64,000 nucleotides of DNA from assembly GCA_964016885.1 (NCBI GenBank), contig OZ024741.1, positions 127,100,001-127,164,000 of the forward strand. Direction: 5' to 3'. The position numbers were made by a program, and so were the translations under genes. This document shows positions 27,103 through 41,012 of this stretch, piece after piece. Source of the DNA: Eledone cirrhosa. Lineage: Eukaryota. A model generated the notes under the pieces. It was not told the DNA's origin, made no database searches, and saw nothing but the letters and a program-made list of their open reading frames with translations. Numbering within the stretch: the stretch's first letter is position 1; the number at the start of each line of letters is the position of its first letter.

Positions 27103-29430
27103 TTAGGGAGAAGTGTTTAGACGGGGTCCGTATTTGTTAATAAAGTAAGATTCCTTGCTGATGCACTGGGTGTGGGTGGCATTATCTTTAAATTTGTAGA
27201 AGGGAAAGATTCTGAAGTTGGGATGATTTTGGGCGGCACATGTATCAATGTGTTCACTCAGTGGTATTTTCCTGTATTCCCGTATTTTAATTTGGGATCT
27301 ATGGACAGTCATGCGTTGGCGGAGGCTGTTTTTGGTCTGGCCTATGTATTGTTCCCGACAACCTGAGCAAGTTAATACATATATTAGATTTTCTGATGCG
27401 CATGTGAAATTGTGTTTTACTATAAAACGTTGTCATCCTTTGAAATAGAATTCCGAACCCTCTATTAGGTTGATGCAAATGCCATAGTTGGGTCTATCGC
27501 ATTTTTTTACTGTGGGTTTCGTTGTTGTGGTTGGCAGTACTTTGGCATGTGTTAGGATGTTTTTCATTGACTTAGATTGTCTTTTGCTCTTTATGATATC
27601 GTGTGTTCGTAGGATTTGGTTCATTCTATGGTCCTTTTTCAACACAGGGATGTTCTGGAGGATGGTGTCAAAGGCTTCATTGTTGAGGGGGTTGTGTGTG
27701 GAGATGTATGGAAGAGCTTTTCGTTTCGGTTGATTTACTTTAGGGTGTCTAAGGTCCTGGGCACTGAGTTTTAGGGCACGTTGGATTCCATTGTCAATTA
27801 GTGATGCAAGGTAGTCCCTGCCTATGAGTGTGTCCTTTAGTTCTTGTAGCCGTAAGTAGCAGGTGTTTTTATTGGAGACTATAGTACAGATTCTCTTGGC
27901 TAAGTTGTAGGGAATATTAATTTTAACGTGTCTAGGGTGGCAAGAGTTGAAAGGAAGATATTGCTTGGAGTCTGTGGGCTTGTAGTATATGTCTGTTTCT
28001 ATTTTTTTGTTATGGATCTTAATGAGGATGTCGAGGAAGAGGAGTTGTTGATGGCTGTATTCCATCGTGAAGTTAATATTCGTGTTGAGCCCATTTATAA
28101 GGGTGTGAAATTCTTTAAGTTTCTCGATGTGTTCGTGCCAAAGGATGAAGCAGTCATCTAGATATCGCTTCCAGTTCCTTTCTATGTGTGAGTGGAGAGT
28201 GTTTCCAAATTTGTTTAGGACTTTAGTGTAGAGGGTGATTTCCAGGTATCCCATGACTAGGTTGGCATAAGTGGGGGATGTTTTCGTTCCCATAGCGGTC
28301 CCAGATTTCTTCCTGTAGGGTTTGTTATTGAAAACGAAGTAATTGTTCTCCAAGATAAATTTGAGTCCCTCTATCACGAATTCTTTTTTGATGCGTTGTG
28401 GGAGTTCATTGTGGTAATTATCCAGCCAGAATTGGATAGCTTCTATTCCTAGGTTGTGGGGGATGTTGGAGTATAGGTTGACTACATCGAACGTCACTAG
28501 TAGGGTTTGTTCAGAAAGTGGCATATTAGGGAGGTGATTGAGCATATCTAGGTCGTCCCTTATATAGCTTTTGATGTGTTTGAGAAAAGGCTTGAGAAGG
28601 GTATCAATGAAGTTGCTGAGGCGGTGGGTTTCGCAAGCGGAGCCTGCTATTATAGGTCTTAATTTGAGATCATTGGGTGAGGGGACATTGATGACTATGT
28701 CTGTGGCTTCCTTGCATGCCTTACTTATTAATTCGCTTTTATGTACTTTAGGGATACCGTAGAAAAGGTTGGATTTACTTGTGAAGTCTGTGATGAAGCT
28801 GAATTCCTTGTTAGTGAGTCCTTCTTTGTATTGGTTGATCAGAGTTTTTAGGTTTCTCATAATTTTCTGTTGATTGTAGTGTTCAGCCTTTTCGTAGTAT
28901 GTTTCGTTTTCCAAAGTGGAGAGCGCTAAGTTGATATAGAATTCTGTCTCCATTAGGACTACTGTACTCCCTTTATCAGCCTCTTTAATTGTAATGGTTC
29001 TGTCGGTTTTTAATCTATTTAATTCTTCCCATTCTTTCTTGTTGAGGTTTGGCTTGTGTTTTTGTCTGTGCAAGTGTTGGTAAGGGAAGTTTGTGATGTG
29101 TTCACAGAATTCGTCCAGGATTTTATTTCTACCTTTCGATGGGGTGTAATTGCTTCTATTTCTGGCTAATGATTCATCCTCATTGTACTGGTCGAATAGT
29201 TGTTCACTGAGTCGTAACTTTCTACAGAAGTCTGTGATGTCTTCCTTCATTTCATAGTAGTTAGGACGTAGTGGGGTCGGTGTAAATTTAAGACCTTTGG
29301 AGAGTAAGTTGATAAGGTTGGGCGTTGGTTCTGCACTAATAAGATTGATAATTTTAATTACTATCGGTTTCTCCTCCCTGTCTTGTGTTATTTTGTTTGC
29401 CTGTATCTGTGTGCTGTGTCTAAAAAATGG
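27103..29430 (-). pseudogene. PLE reverse transcriptase-GIY-YIG polyprotein with one in-frame TGA at 27433-27435
   Basis: LSKGLKFTPTP, ADKG, RPII, FDVVNLYSNIP, GTAMG, RYLDD, SCHP, LIYVLTC..C..QYIGQT. Confidence 0.92.
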
Positions 29431-30064
29431 TTGGGGTAGAGGGGTTGTCTGCTGATGTTAAGTGGTCTCCTGTGTTTGTTATATTCCTTGTTGTTGTAAA
29501 ATGTGGTTCGGGTTGGTGGTTGTAGATTGAACGGGGTGTGTTTCTATGTGCCATGTTGGATTGTGGTGTTGTAGGTGGCCTACGTTGTTGGTTGTATTGT
29601 GTGGTGTGGGTTTGTTGTGTATTGTGGAAGCGAGAGTTGAGAAAATGGAAATTACCTTGCTGTCCCCTTGAAGCGGGGAAGTTGTTACATCTATCATGGC
29701 GGTGGTATCTTTTCCCTATGTTTGACGATGAGGCATCCGCGTAGTAGTTGACTGATTTGGTATGGTGTCTCCTTGAAGGGGGAAAGTTGTAAATGTCATT
29801 CTGGGGGAGATGAGTTCTAGGGTTTTTGTTCCTTCTTATGGTAGCGAGATATTTATATGAGTGTGTGTGTGTGTATGTATATATAAATATATACAAATAT
29901 ATGCATGTATGTATATGTACATATATGTGTGTGTATATATATATATATATATTGGAAGATAGATAGATAACTAGAGAAATACATACATACATACATACAT
30001 ACATACATACATACATACATACATACATACATACATACATACATACATACATACATACATACAT

Positions 30065-30473
30065 GGTGGTGGCTGCCAACTCGTTTTCGAGTACGGCCAC
30101 TACTTTATATCCATGTAGGAGAACCCCTACCGATGCGCTGAACGACTATGACTTTTTAGTCCAGCCAGCGACTTGAAAACTCTGGTACAAACACTACGCT
30201 TGTGACAATTATTGACACAGTGCTGGGCCCATGGTACCATGTGACGACAAGGGCAGAGAGATATCGAGATATAAAGCAATGCCTGTGCCGTGAAGCTTTT
30301 ATAGTGAGCAAAGGCACTGCACAAAGCCAGTCCCACTCTCTTAACCAAGATGATATTTACCAAAAAGAAGAACAAGTCAACATCATTGGATACCATCAGG
30401 GTTGCAGGTGTTATATCAGAGTTTTCCTTCTCCTAGAATTCTGCCTTGACAAAGGCTAAGGGGTCATCTCTCC
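30065..30473 (-). mobile_element. Non-autonomous RTE derivative (5'-truncated) in (CATA)n
   Basis: RTE-type GAGAAGGAAAACTCTGA motif close to the C-terminal C2H2 remnant SVCTRVFKSLAGLKSHSRSAH; same family as 58401-59001. Confidence 0.7.
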
Positions 30474-30572
30474 CATACATACATACATACATACATACAT
30501 ACATACATACATACATACATACATACATACATACATACATACATACATACATACATACATACATACATACAT

Positions 30573-31929
30573 AATCGGAGTAATTGATGTTAAATCTTAA
30601 TTCTAAACAACACCGAAAACGTCCACATCAACAGTGACATAGACCGCCTTTACTTGAAACGTAAGCAGGGAGGCAGAGGCCTAACATCAGTTCAGACAGC
30701 ATTTAAATGTAGCATCATATCCCTCCGACAACATTTACGTACCTCGAAGCATAGGAGCCCGCCTCTCGAGCATGTCTATCTGCATGAAACAGATAAGAGC
30801 ATGAGAGTTGGGAAGGAACTCCTTGAAAGATACTCCCTGCATGATAATCAAAAACTCGCACCCAACAGTACCGCAGTGAATCTATAGATGAAAAACTGCA
30901 TGCTTATCAGCAAAAAATCATGCATGTATATGTTGCCAGGAAGCTCCAGAGTGAGAGTAATATAGATAAGCAAATTAGTCTATATTGGACCAACAACCGC
31001 TATATTGGCTCCCACTTTGAAGGATACGCTTTTTCAATCCAAGAACAGGAAATCAACACAAATACCTGATACATAAAAGAGATAGGGATGCAGGCAAAAC
31101 ACCTAGATGTGACAAGTTTAGACTCTGCAGAATTAACGTCGAAGATGTCACCCAAGTCATAAGCAGCTGTCCAAAGATGTCATCGAGGTACTATCTACCT
31201 ATGAGGCATGATGTAGTGGCCATAACACTGTACAATGCAATCCGTAGAAAAGATAGCCCCGATAATAAACACATTAAAAGCTACAACAATGTGGAAGACA
31301 TACATATACATAATATGAAAGAGAACTGGTGGAATGTTCCAGTAAAAACCCCAATAAAATGCAGGCATAACAGACCAGATATTATGATATGGGACAGGGA
31401 GAAGAAAACATGCACAGTAGTAGAAATTAGCTGCCCAGCAGATGCCAATATAATATCAAAGATTAGTGAAAAGGAAAATATCTTTTGCAGAACTGATGAG
31501 AAATCTGCAGATACTCCACCCTGATTATACCTTCAGATTTATGCCTGTGAGTATTTGGGACACGGGGAGATGTTAGTAACTGCCTCAATACAAATCTTGA
31601 GAAGCTGGGCTTCATAGGAACAGAAAGAACACAACTAGTTAGGAAATTACAAGTACAATCCATTAATAGAACAGTAAAAATATGTAAAAAATTCCAAAAA
31701 TTCTGCATATACACTTGTACAGATATAAAGCATATGTACATGCACACATATAATTCAAAATATATACATCCACACATGCAATAACATCCATACCTGCACA
31801 CGCATGCATGCATGCAGACATGCATACATATCTACCTAGTTGATGTTGTGTAAATTCCAATGAGAGAGTCTTGTATGTATGTTAGAAACCGACTCTCTCT
31901 CTATTGGCAAAAATTTGTGAAATTATAAA
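30573..31929 (+). mobile_element. 5'-truncated R4/Dong-type LINE (CATA-associated family)
   Basis: RLYLKRKQGGRGL, EGYAFSIQEQEI, MRHDVVA, HNRPDIMIWD..VVEISCPAD. Confidence 0.9.
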
Positions 31930-31933
31930 TATA

Positions 31934-32052
31934 TGTATGTTCTTCTGGTTTTATAATTTCACAAATGTTTGCCAATAGAGGAAGAGTCGGTTTCTGACAT
32001 ACATACAAGACTCTCTCATTGGAATTTACACATCAACTAGGTAGATATGTAT
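31934..32052 (-). mobile_element. Short 3'-end copy of the same R4 family, tail-to-tail with the previous copy
   Basis: Reverse complement of 31824-31929 plus CCAGAAGAAC(ATAC) end. Confidence 0.85.
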
Positions 32053-32054
32053 AT

Positions 32055-32156
<102 letters not shown>

Positions 32157-32430
32157 TGTGTGTGTGTTTATATATACACACACGTCTGACTGGTTGTGTG
32201 TAAAGCAATGATGAGTGGTGTAAAAATAAACAGGGACATTCGTAGGCGGTTCATAGACTTATGTTTTATGAGAGAATGTCGGGATGTTAGAAGAAGGGAA
32301 GTAGGGGCATCAAATATATTATGTGTGTGTCTGTGTATAATTTATATACATATATTCATATATATACATATATATAAATATATATATGTACATATATATA
32401 CATATATACAAATCTATATGTATGTATATG

Positions 32431-32523
<93 letters not shown>

Positions 32524-32736
32524 AATAATAATAATAATATTTCGTTTCTGAACCTCCAAAGTATAACAATAATAATAATACATATATATATAATATATAT
32601 ATAGATAGAGAGAGAGAGAGAGAGAGGTGAATGAGAAGAACAAAATCCGAGGCCAGTAATTTATTTTAGATCAGTGCGAGGTGAAATTACATTGAGACAC
32701 TATATGTATTAATATATAATATATATATATATATAT

Positions 32737-32738
<2 letters not shown>

Positions 32739-32785
<47 letters not shown>

Positions 32786-32897
32786 GAGCTGAGAGAGAGA
32801 GAGAGAGAGAGAAGAGAGAGAGAGGAGAGAGATGAGGAGAGAGAGAGGAGGGGAGTGAGAGTGAGAGAGAGAGAGAGAGGAGAGAGAGAGCGAGAGC

Positions 32898-32929
<32 letters not shown>

Positions 32930-32936
32930 CGAGGAG

Positions 32937-32967
<31 letters not shown>

Positions 32968-33001
32968 GAGGGGAGGGAGTGAGAGTGAGGAGAGAGAGAG
33001 A
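32739..33001. repeat. Imperfect (GA)n tract; (CT)n/(TATC)n tract at 33490-33690
   Basis: Direct reading. Confidence 0.9.
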
Positions 33002-33168
33002 TACATATATAAACATTATTGTCACCGTTTTTGATGAATTATTCCACAAAATGGAGTCTAGATAATCTTTTCCCATTACATTTTTTTAATGACATAAGAT
33101 AAAGTCAATTACCCAGTGATTGCTCAACACTAACACTAACGACAACGATATATAGGCATATATATGTG

Positions 33169-33204
<36 letters not shown>

Positions 33205-33486
33205 AGAGAGAGATATACATGATATACGGATAAATATTTTCCCGTTGTGTCGAAGAGTGGCCTTAAATGTCAAGAGAATGAGATTTAGTCATTACATCAT
33301 TGTATGTATCAATACAATGATACATAAAGGCTGCCATTACGAAACTAAATTTGAAACCAAGAATGAAGCCATATCTAATTAAAATCCTGTCGAATTCAAG
33401 TTGGCCTTTCATTCATTCGGGATAGATGAATAAAGTACCAAGCCAAGTAAAGGGGGCCGATTCTTCGTCTATAACATTTCTCTCAT

Positions 33487-33542
<56 letters not shown>

Positions 33543-33969
33543 TCTCTCTCTCACTCTCTCACTCACACTCTCTCTCTCCATCTCTATCTATCTATCTTTA
33601 TCTAGCTATCTGTCTCTCTATCTAACTCTATCTATCTCTATCTATCTATCTATCTCTCCATATATCTATCTATCTATCTCTATCTCTCTCAAATCGACTA
33701 TGTTCAGATCTGGAAAACGAGGGGCTGCGCCGGGTTTAAGTGTCCCACAAACACCATGTATTACTGCAGTGCTGCTACGACTTCATAAGGAGTTAAAGGC
33801 TGATTGCATAAAATATTTCTGGAAGCCAAGTGCACATTTTTGTTCTTTCAATAGTTGATACTAAAATGTATCGCATATTACGCTTGCAGATTGCGGTTAC
33901 TCCCTACCTGAAACATGTTGGAAAATATATGATTAGGGTTATGGCTGTCAGCTACCTTAATCTAAAGGC

Positions 33970-34047
33970 AAACAAATCTCCATGAAATCAAACAGACAAA
34001 TCTCCATGAAATCAAATAGACAAATCTCCATGAAATCAAACAAACAA
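33970..34047. repeat. 24-bp tandem repeat x3
   Basis: caaatctccatgaaatcaaa(c/t)aga. Confidence 0.9.
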
Positions 34048-34602
34048 AATCCATACATCTACACTCAAACTTACCGAGCAGATACCCACAAAAGAAATAG
34101 AGTAAAATCAAAACCCTACTCAAACATACTCAGCATAACAAATGCTAATCCTATATCAATTACTGGTACGGGGGCAGCGGACATCATCAGGCGTCAGTCA
34201 TCATATAACGTTATTTTTATATCTATATCTAGTGTTTATTCAACGACAAAATGATTTTTCATTTTTACTTTTTCACCGAAAATTCATATTTAGGTCCCTG
34301 CTTAAAATGGAAAGAAATATATACTAAAATAGTTGTTTTTTTGTGTAATTGTCTGTTACCAAGGTATAAAGAGCTAGCTGTCATATCGAATTAACAGCCA
34401 AGAGCGATAGAAATGTCTGCGTATATATAATATATATATCCGCATGTATGTGTACAAATATGTCTGTTTCAATGCTATATATATATATATATACAAACAT
34501 ACATGCATATATGTATATACACATATGTACATACGTACGTAAATACAAACATACATACATACATACATACATACATACATACACACATACATGCATACAT
34601 AT

Positions 34603-34690
<88 letters not shown>

Positions 34691-34692
<2 letters not shown>

Positions 34693-34751
34693 TTTCCTCA
34701 TGATTTCCTTCGAATGAAACAATTCTAGTCCTGTAGAAGCAATTTCTATAT

Positions 34752-34756
<5 letters not shown>
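34691..34756 (+). mobile_element. Family C PLE terminal fragment with mutated hammerhead
   Basis: gctttc-CTCATGA-tttccttcgaat-GAAAC...GTA-gaagc. Confidence 0.65.
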
Positions 34757-34815
<59 letters not shown>

Positions 34816-35106
34816 AAAGTGTCCCGCATGCTAAAATCATGCAAAATAACTCGTAAAAATGTGAGTGAAGACAACGAAAAAACGGACGAAACACTACTGT
34901 GTTTCAATGCTTTAAGATCGATACACCTAGCTATGTGCCCATGAACTGTTATAAATGGACACAAGGGAGATCGCTGGTCTTTCGACTATTTACAAATGTG
35001 CTACAACTGAAAGGAAGAGATAGACAAAGTCTAACAAATTAGCCAAGAACAGAAAGTATGCACAGAAGGCGAAGTAAAATGAGACGGTGAAGATACAGAA
35101 AATACA

Positions 35107-35241
<135 letters not shown>

Positions 35242-35474
35242 TGCGTGTGCGCGCGCGTGTGTGTGTGTGTGTGCGTGTTTATGCTGTTTATTGAGTCAAA
35301 ATAAAATGTCATTGTGGCTGTTTACTTGAAGCTTACGCCGAAACTAACGAGTTTTTAAAAAAATTTTTGAAAAACAGTCACCATTACACATAAATATGCA
35401 TACGTATACATATATATACATAGATATATAAGTATCTGAGTGTGTATATATATATGTGTGTGTGTGTGTGTGTA

Positions 35475-35547
<73 letters not shown>

Positions 35548-35549
35548 CT

Positions 35550-36166
35550 ATATATAGTTCAAGGAAATAACAAAACAAGAGATAAAAAAGACTTATTAGT
35601 TTCATGCTTTATATGGAAAAGGGGAAAGAAAGTTCGACATATGATAATATAAAATCATCTATAAAATAATATATAAAATAAATGTTTACATATATCTTAA
35701 TTAGAATATTTTTTTAAAGTAAATTCTAGAATAAACGGCAAATATGACTTAACTATTTAACTATATATTAATACTAATAGTCTATTTCTAATTCTAATAT
35801 ACTTTTTTCTTATATTCTTTCCTTAAATTTTCTTCCACCCTAATATTAATATTAACCTCTATCTCTTCTTCCCTTAAAAAATAATCATAATAACTATTTA
35901 AATTTACCTAGCATCTAAATATAACGATCTTTTTAAACTTTACGTTATCCTCATTAACATATCCATCCTAAGATTTGAATTTCTTTTTCACTATCCAAAC
36001 AGAACTTAAAACGAAAAGTTCTTCTTTTGGGATATCTCACTATCTGTAAAAGAATTTTGGTATTTTATCTGATGAGAGCGTGCCAAAACTTTGGTGAAAT
36101 ATGTATAATATATATGATAAAATAATTTGGTTTTATAAAGATAGTTTCCATTTATTAATATTATTG

Positions 36167-36170
<4 letters not shown>
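35550..36170 (+). mobile_element. Family A PLE 3' region with damaged hammerhead at ~36061-36124
   Basis: tattttatCTGATGAgagcgtgccaa and the same downstream terminus as 25178-25287. Confidence 0.6.
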
Positions 36171-36241
<71 letters not shown>

Positions 36242-36426
36242 ACAGAGAGAGAGAGAGAGTGAGAGAGGGGGGGGAATGGTGATAAAATTTGAAGATACGC
36301 TTGTTTCTTTTTATATGCATATACGTACAAATATGCAGTGAACAAAGAAATTAGCTCATACGAAATTTGATGGATGTGCAGTAAGAATCGTGTATGTATG
36401 TATTCATGTATGTATGCATGTATATG

Positions 36427-36492
<66 letters not shown>

Positions 36493-36532
36493 CATTTATA
36501 GAGAGATTATATATATATTTAATATATATTTA

Positions 36533-36725
36533 ATATAGAAATGGCTTCTACAGGACTAAAAACTGTTTCATTCCGAAGAAATCATCAGGGCTTTCCTGGT
36601 GATTTCTCCCGAATGAAACAGTTCTAGTCCTGTAGAAGCCATTTCTATATTAAATATTTATACTCTGTTATGTAATGAGTACCTTACTTACTGTCGTTAC
36701 CCCCGATTGAATCCGGGATAAACAT
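36533..36725. mobile_element. Family C mini-foldback with hammerhead motifs in both arms
   Basis: Arms 36533-36589 and 36595-36652; right-only tail. Confidence 0.85.
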
Positions 36726-36748
36726 ATGTATATATATATACGTACATG

Positions 36749-36793
<45 letters not shown>

Positions 36794-36904
36794 CGGCGTA
36801 GGTGTAGGCTTGAAAATATATATATATGGGGTCCTGAATCTTTTCATATATATATCATCATCATTATCTTCATCACCGTTTAACGTCTATCTGCCACGCT
36901 AATA

Positions 36905-37090
<186 letters not shown>

Positions 37091-37278
37091 TGTGTGTGTG
37101 TGTGTAGACGCGCGCCACCATCCACTTTTCTAAAAAAAAACAACTCATACACAAAACGCCAGCACCAACAGTTTTGCAAGGGATGGCAACATGAATGGAC
37201 CTATTATTTTTATCTAAAGACATTTTTTTTCCAATTCCATCCCGCCTGTCCCCTTAATCTATTTTATTTATCATTCTT

Positions 37279-37314
37279 TCTTCTGATGAAGGACTAGCGT
37301 CCGAAACGTTAAGA
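37279..37314 (+). ncRNA. Minimal PLE-type hammerhead ribozyme
   Basis: tctt-CTGATGA-a-ggac-tagc-gtcc-GAAACGTT-aaga. Confidence 0.85.
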
Positions 37315-37412
37315 TCCACTTCCTGCTATATAAAGCGTTAACCTAATATATACCTTCCATATACTGTACCGATTGTGTTGTTATTTCTGTTTACCTTTTA
37401 CATACATACATA

Positions 37413-37492
<80 letters not shown>

Positions 37493-37671
37493 AAAATATA
37501 TATACATATATGTAGGGAGAGAAAGAGAGATGACGGTGGGCTATAGTAGACGTCACTTGCACAATGTGCCATGCAGTGTCACTGAGCCCAAAACAATAAA
37601 TGACACTAATAATCAATCACTATAAAATAATAGTTAAGATAGTTTTTTTAAAGTATCTCTGGAGACGAAGA

Positions 37672-37962
37672 AAATTGGACACAGGACGTCACTGTGTGGT
37701 GCCAAAGGTCCCGTCTTCCACATCTAGAATAAGGAGCAGATATTGCAATAGCCTGGAGTTCAAGGGCCCTCAACTCTTCAACAAGCTGCCGAGGGATCTG
37801 AGAGATCTGCATGGTGTGGATCTGGTTGTCTTCAAGAAACATCTCGACACCTTGCTATCCAGGATTCCGGATGAGCCCACAGCAAGGCACGAGGGAAACC
37901 TAAGGGCAGCAGCAACGAACTCCCTCCTGCACCAGTGGCAAACCAGTACAGGCTGGAGATGA
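37672..37962 (+). mobile_element. CR1-type LINE ORF2 3' fragment
   Basis: NSLEFKGPQLFNKLP...FKKHLDTLLSRIPDEP...TNSLLHQ. Confidence 0.85.
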
Positions 37963-38141
37963 AATGCGTAGCTGTTCTAACCATCAGCCGGATGGTTAGA
38001 ACAGGTAAAAGAGTAAAGGATTATAGGTACCTACTATCTATCATTTATAGCGGTCGACTATTATTTTGTTGATTTGTGTTGTAGCAAACACATTTCAATT
38101 TTTAAACTTTACCTGTCTTAAATCAATCGCCTTATATATTA

Positions 38142-38207
<66 letters not shown>

Positions 38208-38242
38208 CGTATAAATGTATGTGTGTGTTTATATATATATAT

Positions 38243-38305
38243 AAGCCCCTTTTTTTTAAGTAAAAAGAAATTCAAACACACACACACAACACACACATAC
38301 ACACA

Positions 38306-38338
<33 letters not shown>

Positions 38339-39036
38339 GCACACAAATAAACATACATATCTTTACTTTCTTTATTCAATAGAAAATCTGAATTCTGACA
38401 CCCCAGCGAACTAACCATATTCACTGAACCAGAACAATTCTCCCATCCAATTTCTCTTGACCATTATCTTTTGCTTGTCATAAAATTCTCTAAAAAGGCT
38501 ACAGAATAGATTTCTAAATAAGGGCGCGAAAATTTAATGAAAAGTTGTTCACGTGACAGCCATAATTTCATTTATAACCAATCAAATTACGTTTATTAAA
38601 AAAAAAGCCTCCGTGAGCCCCTTTTTTTTAAGTAAAAAGAAATTCAAACACTCATATATGAAAAAACAACCTGTGTCCCCCCCCCTTGTTTGAAGAACTT
38701 TGTAACGCGAACTGGCGCGAAATTTATTATAATTATTGACCAACCAATCAAATTACTTCTCTCAAAACCTGGCGTTTCGAGCCACTTTTTTCCATATAAA
38801 ACAAGTAACATTCAGAGACCAACCAGATGTGAGAAAAACCACAGACTCTCCATCTCAACTCTACTTTTGTAAAGCAGAAGAACTGCGAAACCGGTAAAGG
38901 AACCAAATAAATATATATATATTTTTTAAAAAAATAAGACTCCAGTTGCATTTACGATTTCATCTTTTTTTTTCTTTATACTTTCACTATTGTAGGACAC
39001 CTCGTTTATTTTTCATTTTCTAAAAAAAGGCTCACT
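38243..39036. mobile_element. Two tandem MITE-like units; a related end lies inverted at 39749-39822
   Basis: Shared start AGCCCCTTTTTTTTAAGTAAAAAGAAATTCAAACAC at ~38244 and ~38616; complementary GGCTCAC end at 39036. Confidence 0.5.
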
Positions 39037-39126
39037 TTCTAATATATATATATACATATGTGTCCGTGTGTCCATGTGTGTATGTGTATAAATGTATGTG
39101 TGTGTTTATATATATATATATATAAG

Positions 39127-39167
<41 letters not shown>

Positions 39168-39247
39168 TACATATGTGTGTGTGTCCGTGTGTGTATGTGT
39201 ATAAATGTATGTGTGTTTATATATATATAAGTATTTATATATATAAG

Positions 39248-39304
<57 letters not shown>

Positions 39305-39855
39305 GTGTGTGTGTCCGTGTGTGTGTGTGCGTAAGAGAGAGAGAGAGTGAGAGATTAGATCAATATATAGCTATAAATATAGACGTATACACGTACATGC
39401 ACGTATATACGACGCTATTCTTTATCAAGCAGTTTTTATCAAGCCTTTTTCTTCACATAAAGCTATATTGTGGAGTGAACAGGGTGACATTTGTAGTTAA
39501 ATTTAACGTAGTTCAGCGTATTCCCATTCCTACAGAATATCAAAACCAGTGATAACCCTGTCTCTGTTCGTTTATTTACTCAACTCTATGTAAATCGGTC
39601 ACAATACATGCCGTCATATATAGAAATAGTGTTTTTGTGTGTCAATGGATGTTATAGGCCCAATAAACATTGCATTTCTTTCTTTCGTATATATATATAT
39701 CGAATTTATTATTTGTATTTTATTATTTATTATTTGTATATATATATTGGAAAGTGAGGTTTTTTTTACAAAATGAAAAATAACCGAGGTGTCCTACACG
39801 AGTGAAAGTATAAAGAAAAAAAGAAGCCATTTCTATATTATATATATATATATAT

Positions 39856-40250
39856 AGGGAGTGTAACTTGGAGTTACTGCAGGTTCACCCGGGTGAGCAC
39901 TCGATGTTTAGGCTCACTTCTGTGTTGAGATGTACAGCTATACAGAGTGTAATATACTGAAAGGATAACAAGGACGATTGGTTACTCCTTCATTACATTT
40001 ATTGGTAGGTGACGCGCGTTTCGCCACTGATCAGCTCCAGGTTCGATCTGTATCGATCTTACCCGACTCAATAATCGGCAGCTCGACGAACCCTTTTTTC
40101 TTATACCATTTTAAAGGGTTCGTCGAGCTGCAGATTATTGAGTCGGGTAAGATCGATACAGATCGAACCTTGAGCTGATCAGTGGCGAAACGCGCGTCAC
40201 TTACCAATAAATGTAATGAAGGAGTAACCAATCGTCCTTGTTATCCTTTC
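39856..40250. mobile_element. Palindromic PLE foldback with degenerate hammerhead
   Basis: Arms 39959-40095 and 40113-40250; GAAACGCGCGTC half-core; left-only tail next to (TA)n. Confidence 0.85.
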
Positions 40251-40255
40251 TTATC

Positions 40256-40438
40256 GGTGAATTGGCAGTATCGGTAGAGGGTCGGACACCATGCTTTCCA
40301 GCATAGTTACGTCCCTTTACGGTCTAAGTTGAAATCCCGTCGAGGTTAACTTTGCCTTTCATCATTACGGGGTCGATAAAATAAAGTACCAGTAATGTAC
40401 TGGGTAATTACTGGCCTTGTGCTTAAAGTAGAAACAAT

Positions 40439-40441
<3 letters not shown>
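40256..40441 (+). mobile_element. tRNA-derived SINE
   Basis: Close match to 6457-6640. Confidence 0.85.
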
Positions 40442-40489
<48 letters not shown>

Positions 40490-40506
40490 GTGTGTATATA
40501 TATATA

Positions 40507-40574
<68 letters not shown>

Positions 40575-40580
<6 letters not shown>

Positions 40581-40973
40581 ATGTTGAAAAGGTAACACAC
40601 CAGAGAGAGATATATAGTGCGTTATCAATAATACAGGGAAAAAACCACCAGTGTATGGAATCTATAACCTATGAAAGGCAGACTATAGACACGAAAATTA
40701 AAAATATAAATTAAAGCGTAAATAAATACCTCTATAACTATATAACACACGTACAAATCCAAAGATATGTTTCACCAAAAATTTGTTGAAAGAAATGGTC
40801 TAGTCTCGGTTCATCAGCGTGTGTAAGGCTGTATTATTGATAACGCACTATATCTCTCTCTCTCTGGTGTGTTACCTTTTCAACATATTGTATTTTAAAG
40901 AGCTCAGGATCTCTTCTCCTTTGAGCACATTATTTACAGGGAATAGCGAGGGCCTATGCCTCCGTTAATTTAT

Positions 40974-40980
<7 letters not shown>
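40575..40980. mobile_element. PLE foldback with ~60-bp arms and right-only tail
   Basis: 40575-40635 inverted versus 40829-40893; (TA)n flanks. Confidence 0.8.
40745..40824 (-). ncRNA. Type I hammerhead ribozyme with full stems
   Basis: acacacg-CTGATGA-acc...ggt-GAAACatatc-tttg-gatttGTA-cgtgtgt. Confidence 0.85.

Positions 40981-41012
<32 letters not shown>

Larger units (their letters stand above)
25458..29850 (-). mobile_element. Neptune-like PLE copy 1 with long 3' region
   Basis: RT + GIY-YIG ORF; ~1.6-kb 3' region shared with 42685-45458. Confidence 0.92.

Noticed and set aside
27433-27435. In-frame TGA as selenocysteine (known in some Naiad PLEs)
   Set aside because: Aligns with GGA (Gly) in copy 2; a simple nonsense mutation
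34861-34905. GTGAAGA...GAAACAC..GTGTT hammerhead-like motif
   Set aside because: Core and stem II too degenerate
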